Shown: positions 55,780 through 64,000 of the stretch, piece after piece
Numbering within the stretch: position 1 is the first letter of the stretch
Layout of the letters: every line of letters begins with the position of its first letter
Assembly (NCBI GenBank): GCA_030447875.1
Contig: JAUJOA010000006.1
Location: 59,648 to 123,647, forward strand
Direction of reading: 5' to 3'
DNA length: 64,000 nucleotides
Origin: Thermoleophilaceae bacterium
GTDB taxonomy: Bacteria; Actinomycetota; Thermoleophilia; Solirubrobacterales; Thermoleophilaceae
Made by a program: the position numbers and the translations under genes
The notes under the pieces: generated by a model
The model's database searches: none
What the model saw: only the letters and a program-made list of their open reading frames with translations
Told to the model about the DNA's origin: nothing

Positions 55780-56400
55780 ATGTCAGGCCGCACAGAGCAG
55801 ACGAGGTCGCAGCGGCGGAAGGCGCGCACGGAGCTCGCGATCCTCGAGGCGGCGGAGCGCCAGTTCCTCGAGCGGGGGTTTCAGGAGGCGAAGGTCGACG
55901 AGATCGCTGAAACCGCCGACGTCGCTGGTCGGTTCGATCTACAACCACTTCGGCAGCAAGGAGGGTCTGCAGAGGGCCTTGGTCGAGCGAGCGCTGGAGC
56001 TCCATGACGCTTACATGGAGGGCTGCTTCGATCCGGCGGAGCGGCCAATCGAACAGCTCGTGGGGGCAGCCGAATCGTACGCTCGGTTCGCGCTCGAGCA
56101 CCCCGGTCTCTTCCGGATGGTCGCTTCCCCGGAGTCGGCCGGCGCGGAGGCGGGCGAAGGGGCGCCGAGGGTCACCGAGCGGCTGGCCGAAGGAGCAGCA
56201 CACGGCGACGGTGATCGCGCAGGCGGTCCGGCGCGGCGATGTGAGGCCGATCGACGCCGAGCGGGCGGCCCGCTTCTTCTGGAGCTCGTGGAACGGGGTG
56301 CTCGCGCCGGCGCGACATCGAGAGGCGGTGCCGGCGGACGTGGCGGTGGAGATCGAGGCGGCGCTTCAAATGCTGATCGGTGGGCTCGCCTCCGATCAGG
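55780..56400 (+). pseudogene. TetR-family transcriptional regulator with at least two frameshifts (3-prime end undefined)
   Basis: ELAILEAAERQFLERGFQEAKVDEIAETADVA in one frame continues as VGSIYNHFGSKEGLQRALVERAL...FALEHPGLFRMV in a second. It ends as VIAQAVRRGDVRPIDAERAARFFWSSWNGVL in a third. No stop codon occurs in any frame for about 260 nt after the domain ends. Confidence 0.65.
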
Positions 56401-56469
56401 CCCGGAAGAGGACGAGACGGTCAGAGAGGTCCTGCGCGGAGCGCCCGCCCGCGGCGGATCGCGCCGGGG

Positions 56470-57120
56470 GCGGGAGCTCGAGCTCGCGCGAGAGCCGGTT
56501 GCGGCCGACATCCGAGCCGAGTTCCCGGAGCTTGCCCTGTGGACGACGTGCTGCTGGCAGCTCGCCGGGACCCACGCCGCGACCGGTCAAGGAGCGACTG
56601 GCGACCCTCAGCAATCGGTTCTCGGGATCCACCGCGCTCAACCTCCGTCGAGCGCCCGTGCCGTGGGCGTACCGCGTCTTCTTCCGGCAGCTCGGGATCG
56701 ACCCCGACGAGCGTCGCACGCCCGTGGAGGAGGTGGCTCTCCAGCGACTGCACACGGGTGGGTTCCAGAGCCGGAGTCTGCTGGATGACGCCCTCCTCAT
56801 CGCGGTGGTCGAGACGGGCGTGCCCGTGCTCGCCCTCGATGCCGACCGCCTCGACGCGGCTTCCTCGAGATCCGCTTCTGCGCGCGCGGACGAGCGCCTC
56901 GGTGGCGACGGCGCCCCGCTGGCGAGCGGACAGCTGCTGATCGCGGACAACGCGAGCGGTCGGAGTCCTTTCGGGGACATCGCCGAGGGTCGCGGCGTTA
57001 CCGATGGCACCCGACGAATCCCTTCTCGCCGCCATCCAGGTCAAGGGCGTGCCGAACATGAGCGTCGAAGAGGCGCTCTCTGGACAGCATCGAGGTGCTG
57101 GCCTCGGCGCAGACGCAGTG
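56470..57120 (+). pseudogene. B3/B4 tRNA-binding-domain protein (COG3382-like) with multiple frameshifts
   Basis: The fragments lie in different frames: AADIRAEFPELALW; VKERLATLSNRFSGSTALNLRRAPVPWAYRVFFRQLGIDPDERRTPVEE...LLDDALLIAVVETGVPVLALDADRL; LLAAIQVKGVPNMSVEEAL; SIEVLASAQTQ-stop. Coordinates are approximate. Confidence 0.55.
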
Positions 57121-57195
57121 AGCAGCAGGGGATCCGTGAGCGGTGGACCGCCGCGCTCGCCGTTCGCGTCCGGCTCATTCGGGTTGCGGTATCGC

Positions 57196-57706
57196 TCAGC
57201 CCTTCGCCAGGCGGCGCCAGAAGCGGATCCACTCCCGCTCATGGCCGATCCCCGCCTCGAGGGCGGAAGTCGTGGTCCCGCCGGCGCATCGCTTGAGCCG
57301 CGCGCGGACCTCCTCGTACTCTCGCGCAGCTTCTCCTCGTGGACATGGAGCTGCGTCGAGGCGAGCTCGGCGGGGTCGGCGCCGAAGAAGAGCTGCAGCA
57401 GTCCCGGGTCGCGGAGCTCCGTGAAGTCGTCTGTGGGCATCGAGATCCACTCGCGAAGCGCCGCGCGCCCGCGTTCGGTGATCGCATAGCGCCTCCGGCG
57501 CCGCCCCCCGCGCTCGCGGTCCTCGGTCAGGTAGCCGGCCTTCGCCAGGCGCTCCGGCTCCGTGTAGAGCTGCGCGTGCGGGACCGACCACAGGTTTCCG
57601 ACGCTCCGGCGACCATGCGCTTCAGGTCGTAGGGCGTCGCCTCCATGACCCAGCTGAGGAGGCCGAGGACGATGTACGAGGTCGGTGTGAGCCTTACGCC
57701 TTGCAA
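57196..57706 (-). pseudogene. PadR-family transcriptional regulator with at least two frameshifts
   Basis: From TTG 57706 the reverse strand reads LTPTSYIVLGLLSWVMEATPYDLKRMVAG. After a shift it reads VGNLWSVPHAQLYTEPERLAKAGYL...RRRYAITERGRAALREWISMPTDDFTELRDPGLLQLFF. After another shift it reads EYEEVRARL...HEREWIRFWRRLAKG. Confidence 0.7.
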
Positions 57707-57785
57707 TAGTCCAGTCTGGATGGTACGGTGTGATTCGTATCGGGGAGACTAGTAGCCTGACCTTTCGTCAGCAAGGAGGACGCTC

Positions 57786-58332
57786 ATGCCGGAGCGTGGT
57801 CAGTCCATCAGCCAGCCCGACTTCGTGCGGGCATCCGACGAGGATCGCGAGCGAGTGATCACCCAGCTCCGCGACGAGGCAGCCGCCGGACGCCTCGACA
57901 CCGAGGAGCTGGGAGCTCGCACCGCGGCGCTTCGCGCCCGCCTCAGCGGCGAGCTCACGGAGCTCACCCGGGACCTACCAGTGTCCTCCGGCTCCTCGCC
58001 GAACGTCCGCCCCGGCCTCGAATCGTCGGCGCTCTTCGGATCTCCGCCGACTTCTTCCGCTGGCCGCCCTTCTCATCGCCATCTGGGCCCTGACCGGCGC
58101 GGGCTACTTCTGGCCTGTCTGGCCGATCCTCGGAGTCGGGATATCGATGCTCGCCCCGGGTGGGTGCGGACACCGGCGCGGTCCCCGTGGCGCCCGAGGC
58201 GTCCGGGCGGCGGCGCCTATCCGGACGCTTCCACGCCCCGGGGCGTTGCTTGAAGCGGCTGGTTCCGAGCGTCTCGCGCCCACGCTCGTTCAGCGCCACC
58301 AGGCCTTCACGGCTGACCGCGCTGGGCGATGA
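57786..58332 (+). pseudogene. DUF1707-domain membrane protein with one frameshift
   Basis: N-terminus RASDEDRERVITQLRDEAAAGRLDTEELGART...LTELTRDLP is DUF1707. The hydrophobic C-terminal part FFRWPPFLIAIWALTGAGYFWPVWPILGVGISMLAP is in another frame from about 58040. Confidence 0.6.
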
Positions 58333-58355
58333 CTTGACCGTGGCGAGGACGCCGC

Positions 58356-58612
58356 TCAGCCGATCGACTGCGTCTGGAACATCAGGACGTTGCGCTCCAT
58401 GTCGAAGTAGACCGCGCTTTCCTTCTTCATGAGCGAGTAGAGCACGTCCAAGTCGTCGGCCGTCGGGCGGATGACGTGCGTCGCGGCGCCTTCGTCGAGG
58501 ATCAGCTGAACCGAGAAGGTGCCGTCGGTGCCGGCTCCTCCTCCGTCCAGCTCGTCTGGAAGTGGGTGACCTGTCGGACCTGAAGCTGCTGCTCGGTGAT
58601 CCTCGCCTCCAT
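58356..58612 (-). pseudogene. Small hypothetical protein (about 85 aa) with one frameshift
   Basis: ATG 58612 has a GAGGAGG Shine-Dalgarno. MEARITEQQLQVRQVTHFQTSWTEEE continues in another frame as GTDGTFSVQLILDEGAATHVIRPTADDLDVLYSLMKKESAVYFDMERNVLMFQTQSIG. Confidence 0.4.
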
Positions 58613-58723
58613 GGAAAGCCTCCTCATTCGGTAGCGCGTACCTCGCCGTAGTGCCCCCGACCCGGGAGGAAAACATCTTTCGGCCGCTCGCCGAGAAGCA
58701 CCGTCGTCGTAACCTAGGTCGAG

Positions 58724-60125
58724 ATGATCTTCCGGCAGATAACGCACGATGACCTCGGCTGTGCCTCCTACCTGATCGGTGACGACGAGGCCGGCGTGGC
58801 GGCCGTCGTCGACCCGCGCTTCGAGATCGACGAGTACCTCGAGCTCGCCCGCTATCTGGGCGTGCACATCGATCACATCCTCGAGACGCACAACCACGCG
58901 GACCACGTCTCCCGGCCACGGCCGGCTCGCCGCCGCGACGGGCGCCACGATCCACATTCACCGGGAGGCGGGCGCCGAGTACGAGCACGAGCCGTTCGGC
59001 GACGGGTTCGAACTCGAGCTCGGCGCGCTCCGCGTACGCGCCCTCCACACGCCGGGTCACCGGCCAGAGCACACCGCCTTCACGCTGGTCGACACCGCCC
59101 GCGGCGGCGAAGCGTGGAGCGTTCTGACGGGCGACACGCTGTTCGTGGGAGACATCGCGCGCCCGGATCTCGCGATCGACAAGGACGACGGGGCACGCGG
59201 GATCTTCCACAGCCTCCACGAGCGCCTGCTCACGCTGCCGGGCACGACGGAGGTCTGGCCCGGCCACCTGGGCGGATCGCTGTGCGGCGGGCCGGGCATG
59301 GATCTCAAGGTGTCGTCGACGATCGGCTACGAGCGGGCCCACAACGCCCTACTGGTCGAGGACGACGAGGATCGCTTCGTGGAGAGCATCCTGGCCACCC
59401 TCGGGCCCCAACCGCCGAACTTCGAGGCGATCGTCGAGCTGAATCGCGGACCGCTTCTCACCGAGGGGGTCGACACCATGCCGCTCGCCCCGCGCCAGGT
59501 GGAGCAGCGGCGCGCCGATGCGCTGATCGTCGACGTGCGTACGGACCTGCAGTTCGATGACGCTCACATCCCCGGCGCGGTGTGCATTCCGATGCTTCAG
59601 GCGGGCTTCGGCTCCAAGCTCGCGTGGCTTGCCGACCGCGACCAGGAGATCGTCTTCGTGGGACGCGACGACGAGGACGGACGGCGCGCCGCCGCCCTCG
59701 CCGTGGCGGTGGGGATCAGAGAGCTCGGCGGGCATCTGGCGGGCGGCATGACGGGCTGGCGCCAGGAGAAGCGCGACGTAGAGCGCGTCGAGCGGCTGGA
59801 GCTCTCGAAGCTACGCGAGCGCCAGGGGGCGCAGCCCGAGCTCCAGATCTTCGACGTCCGTGAGGCGTCCGAGTGGCACGCGGGCCACATCCCCGGCTCG
59901 ACGCACACCCCCTATCACGACATCCGCGGGTTGCCCGAGAGCATCGATCCGGAGCGGCCGGTCGCCGTCTTGTGTGCGTCGGGGCAGCGCGCGGCCGTCG
60001 GCGCGAGCCTGATCAAGCGCTACGGCGCTCGCGAGGTGATCCACGTGATCGACGGCGGCGTGCCCAAGTGGCAGCGGCTCGGTAACCCGATCGAGGGAGC
60101 GTCCGGCGAGAAGGCCGCTGCGTGA
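58724..60125 (+). pseudogene. MBL-fold persulfide dioxygenase fused to rhodanese domains (CstB-like), with one frameshift near 58905
   Basis: MIFRQITHDDLGCASYLIGD...ILETHNHADHVS in one frame continues as GHGRLAAATGATIHIH...HTPGHRPEH...GDTLFVGD in the next. Rhodanese modules follow, with CASGQRAA. The junction is at a CCC run. Confidence 0.75.
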
Positions 60126-60424
60126 GGGCCGTCGGCGGTTCACGCGTAGATCTCTTTCGAGCCGTCCGAATCTTCTCAGCAGGGGAGGCGGCCGTCTTCG
60201 CTGCGCTTCTCGTCGTCTGGCTGGGCGAGGTCGACGAGCAGGCCAAGTCTCTGCTCGGCCTGGCACATGGGATCGGCTGGCTGCTGCTCTGTGCCCTCAT
60301 GTACGTGGCGTGTCTCCGCCGCGCCCTGAGCTGGGGAGTGTTCGCGAGCGCCGTCCTGCTCACGCCGATCGGGAGCACCATCCACATCGAGCTCCTCGAG
60401 CACCGTCGGCGGCAAGTAGCCTGA
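60122..60424 (+). CDS. Small integral membrane protein (DUF3817-like)
   Basis: 100 aa. FRAVRIFSAGEAAVFAALLVVWL...LAHGIGWLLLCALMYVA pattern with three predicted helices. Confidence 0.45.
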   Translation: MRAVGGSRVDLFRAVRIFSAGEAAVFAALLVVWLGEVDEQAKSLLGLAHGIGWLLLCALMYVACLRRALSWGVFASAVLLTPIGSTIHIELLEHRRRQVA

Positions 60425-60431
60425 CCGCCCC

Positions 60432-61007
60432 GTGCGGCTGCTCAACGTCCCGAACTCGTTGACGCTGTTTCGGATCCTGCTCGTACCGGTAGTTGTCGTG
60501 GCGCTGCTCGAGGAGACCAACAGCGGCTCAGCAATAGCGGCGATCGTCTTCGCCATCGCCGCCTCGACGGACGGGCTCGACGGGTACCTCGCGCGCTCCC
60601 GCCAGAGCGTCACCGGCCTCGGCAGGGTCATGGACCCGATCGCCGACAAGCTGTTGATCGCCGCCGCGCTGATCTCGCTCGTGAGCCTCGATCGCCTCGC
60701 GCTCTGGGTGGCGATGGTGATCATCGCCCGCGAGTTCGCCGTCAGCGCGCTCCGCATCTGGGCTAGCCGGCAGGGAGCCACGATCGCCTCGAGCCGCATC
60801 GCGAAGCTCAAGACAGGCGTGCAGGTGGCCGCCGTGCTGGCGCTTATCGTGGTGAGCGACGAGGCGGCCGTCTGGGTGGATGCGCTGGTCTACGCCGCCG
60901 TGGCGATCACCGTAATCTCGGGTGTGCAGTACTTCGCGTCGGCGCGAAGGGGGATAGACGACGCTCGAGGCAGGCCACTCGCGGCACGTCGAACCGATCC
61001 GGGCTGA
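60432..61007 (+). CDS. pgsA: CDP-diacylglycerol--glycerol-3-phosphate 3-phosphatidyltransferase
   Basis: NVPNSLTLFRILLVPVVV and the CDP-alcohol phosphatidyltransferase motif STDGLDGYLAR...G...DPIADK. Confidence 0.85.
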   Translation: MRLLNVPNSLTLFRILLVPVVVVALLEETNSGSAIAAIVFAIAASTDGLDGYLARSRQSVTGLGRVMDPIADKLLIAAALISLVSLDRLALWVAMVIIAREFAVSALRIWASRQGATIASSRIAKLKTGVQVAAVLALIVVSDEAAVWVDALVYAAVAITVISGVQYFASARRGIDDARGRPLAARRTDPG

Positions 61008-61014
61008 GCGGCGC

Positions 61015-61488
61015 TTAGATCGGAGTCGCGGTCTCGGCCTGGCGGCGGTCGATCTGGGTCGCCAGCCGCTCGAGCACCTCGTCTCGTGTCGTGCCGCGCT
61101 CGTAGAGAGCTCGATCGAAGGTGCCGCCGTATAGGTGGAGCACGGCCTGCAGGACGTCCACTGTCGAGGTGAGCGCCGCCCCTCGCACCCGGCAGAGCTG
61201 CGCAGCCCGCCGGGTCACGAGATCGACCGGGTCCTCGCCGGAGGTTCGCAGTCGCCATCGACGCGCCGCCGGCGCATGAGCGATCGTCTCGAGCGGGCCC
61301 TCGGGGACTCCGAGCGCCTGAAGCGCGCAGCCCACCTCGCCGTGGAGGCGCATGACGCGAAGCCAGCGCTCGGCCTCGTCCTCGGGCGAGGCGGCGAACG
61401 AGACGGCCGTCTCAGCGAGCGCCAAGACGATCAGGGCGTCCTCTGACATCGGCGGATCGTTGGACACACGGATCATCTCGTTCCCCAC
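61015..61488 (-). CDS. Hypothetical protein, possibly with a Clp N-terminal (Clp_N) repeat-like fold
   Basis: 157 aa. Two helical repeats with TSTVDVLQAVLHLYG-type segments. The assignment is weak. Confidence 0.3.
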   Translation of the reverse strand: MGNEMIRVSNDPPMSEDALIVLALAETAVSFAASPEDEAERWLRVMRLHGEVGCALQALGVPEGPLETIAHAPAARRWRLRTSGEDPVDLVTRRAAQLCRVRGAALTSTVDVLQAVLHLYGGTFDRALYERGTTRDEVLERLATQIDRRQAETATPI

Positions 61489-61577
61489 ACGATCGATCGA
61501 CAGCTTCGCCGAGACCCACAGGCGGGTCGAGCCTTTCTGGACGCTTATTCGGTTTCTCGGCGCCGAGCGGGCCCGAG

Positions 61578-62582
61578 TCAGACCGGCGTGGCCTCCAGCC
61601 AGTCGCGCATGGTCGTCTGGCGCGCTGCGGGCTCGCCCGTGCGCAGCTCCCCCCGAAGCTCCCGCATAAGGCCGTGGCGCTCGGCCGTCACGCTATGCCT
61701 GTGGATCGTCTCGAGGTTCTCCTGCCGGGCCATGAGGAACGCGTCGTCCCCGAGGTGCTCGAACTCCTCGACCCCCATGCGCAACATCTCTCGCACGCAG
61801 TCCTCCACGAACCGCGGGCGTCGGTGGGCCTTCTCGACTACCGTCGCCTCGTCGGGCCGCTTCAGCAGCTCGTAGATCTCGGAGCTCATCGAGGACTCCA
61901 CGACCCGGAGTAGCGTCGCCGCCTCGATCGGCCGCCGGCAGTCCTCCGGGCCGCCGACGTACAGGGTGCCGACGCCCCGCTGGTTGTGGGTGGCGGTCGG
62001 CACGAGTTCCAGCACGCGGTCGATCTCCGTGGAGTCGAAGCCATCTTCGGCCAGCCGCAGCCGGGCGCGGTCGGCGGTCATCTCCTGTGCGCACGGACAT
62101 GCCGTCATGCCCTGTGCCTGCACGCCGACGAGGCGGCGCGTGCCGTGGCTCGAGGCGACAGCGGACCCGAACAACGTGTAGATCTCCTGCGTCGCCTTTC
62201 CGGACACGGGAGCGAGCTTGCGCTCCGGATAGCGAGCGGCGATCGTGACCTCCGCCCGAAGGCCGCCCTGGCGCTCACGAATGCGCTCGGCGATGTGCAT
62301 GGCGAGCGTCTCAGCCTTCAGCGCCTCCGAGAGGACGACCTCGTCGATCGCCTCCCCGACCACCTCCTCGAACCGCGACATGTGCGCGCCCTTCTGGTCC
62401 GGACCGAGATCGACGAAGCACTCGATGTCGGCGTAGAAGAGCTGCTCGGACCCCGCGCGATCTATGCGGATGACCTTCTGGACCCCCGTGACTCCCACGC
62501 GCGAGAGCGCGATGCGAGTGACCGGTCGGCGCGCCTGAACGTCGTCGTCGGGCCGGCTCAGGGGAGGGGCCTCGTTCGGCAT
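61578..62582 (-). CDS. folE2: GTP cyclohydrolase I type 2 (FolE2/MptA family)
   Basis: 334 aa. RVGVTGVQKVIRI, KGAHMSRFEE, CPCAQEM and ATHNQRG motifs of the FolE2 family. Confidence 0.85.
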   Translation of the reverse strand: MPNEAPPLSRPDDDVQARRPVTRIALSRVGVTGVQKVIRIDRAGSEQLFYADIECFVDLGPDQKGAHMSRFEEVVGEAIDEVVLSEALKAETLAMHIAERIRERQGGLRAEVTIAARYPERKLAPVSGKATQEIYTLFGSAVASSHGTRRLVGVQAQGMTACPCAQEMTADRARLRLAEDGFDSTEIDRVLELVPTATHNQRGVGTLYVGGPEDCRRPIEAATLLRVVESSMSSEIYELLKRPDEATVVEKAHRRPRFVEDCVREMLRMGVEEFEHLGDDAFLMARQENLETIHRHSVTAERHGLMRELRGELRTGEPAARQTTMRDWLEATPV

Positions 62583-62774
62583 GGCTGCCGTCCAAGATAG
62601 CGCCTGCCATCTGGCCCTCGGGAGGGCTATAGTGCGGCGCCGTCAGCGGGCTGACGATCGCTTCCAACGGTCGCCGCCTCGCGAGGCAGGCAACGAGCTT
62701 GACATGGGGGAAGTTGACGATGGTGATTCGGGGGACCTGCGGGGACTCGCAAACCGCGTCCAAAGGAGCGGGCT

Positions 62775-63920
<1,146 letters not shown>

Positions 63921-63952
63921 CCCGGGTCGCGCTCTAGACTTCTCAGCCGCTC

Positions 63953-64000
63953 GGGGGGATGTCCGAGTGGTTAAAGGAGACGGGCTGTAAACCCGTTGGC
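63953..64000 (+). tRNA. tRNA-Tyr(GUA), 5-prime part (continues beyond the window)
   Basis: GGGGGGA-TG-TCC-GAGTGGTTAAA-GGA-G-ACGGG-CTGTAAA-CCCGT-TGGC parallels bacterial class II tRNA-Tyr. The anticodon loop CTGTAAA gives GTA. Confidence 0.7.

Noticed and set aside
62583-62774. Zur box or riboswitch upstream of folE2, and a promoter for rpoD
   Set aside because: FolE2 is often Zur-regulated, but the intergenic region has no AT-rich palindrome. The TTGACA/TTGACG hexamers have no convincing -10 partner, so I made no call.

Overview
The window is a very GC-rich, densely coding chromosomal segment. A few 60-nt lines counted by hand gave roughly 70-78% GC. Gene content looks Actinomycetota-like, possibly Thermoleophilia or Rubrobacteria, but that is inference only.

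Recognisable content, left to right:
- a PaaI-type thioesterase (partial)
- a secreted GH31 glycosidase and a truncated GH25 lysozyme remnant
- a biotin carboxylase/BCCP subunit
- a sulfur cluster: TauE exporter, Rrf2 regulator, cysD-cysN-cysC
- an ornithine cyclodeaminase-family gene and a large secreted alpha/beta hydrolase
- a stand-alone gene of about 1,300 aa that is entirely coiled coil and carries a perfect 474-bp internal duplication
- two VapBC-type toxin-antitoxin pairs bracketing the carboxyltransferase gene pccB
- a Tat-exported PhoD phosphatase and a methylmalonyl-CoA-mutase-like catalytic subunit
- a MacB/FtsX-type ABC exporter
- a modABC operon with a MerR-HTH/TOBE regulator
- a secreted CocE/NonD-type hydrolase with an RTX-like Ca-binding tail
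- selA-selB
- an ECF sigma factor fused to a zinc anti-sigma motif
- a methyltransferase, LhgO, a GGDEF cyclase and class II ribonucleotide reductase nrdJ
- a second GH31 with an LPXTG-like anchor
- a galE-like gene, tmk, holB, DUF192, pgsA, folE2, rpoD/sigA and the start of tRNA-Tyr

Two zones stand out:
1. Positions 51.56-54.4 kb hold a tRNA-Thr(CGU)-like gene with a defective T-arm. It is followed by about 2.8 kb of lower-GC DNA with little intact coding sequence, including what looks like a decayed tyrosine integrase. I read this as the remnant of an integrated element.
2. nrdJ (42.6-45.4 kb) and almost every gene between 54.4 and 60.1 kb are broken by frameshifts. Most of the junctions I inspected sit in or beside short homopolymer runs. 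This could be real gene decay or local assembly error; I cannot tell which from the sequence.

I saw no CRISPR array, no rRNA and no intact transposase. Many long ORFs in the six-frame track are Arg/Pro/Gly/Ala-rich shadow frames of real genes, and I rejected them.
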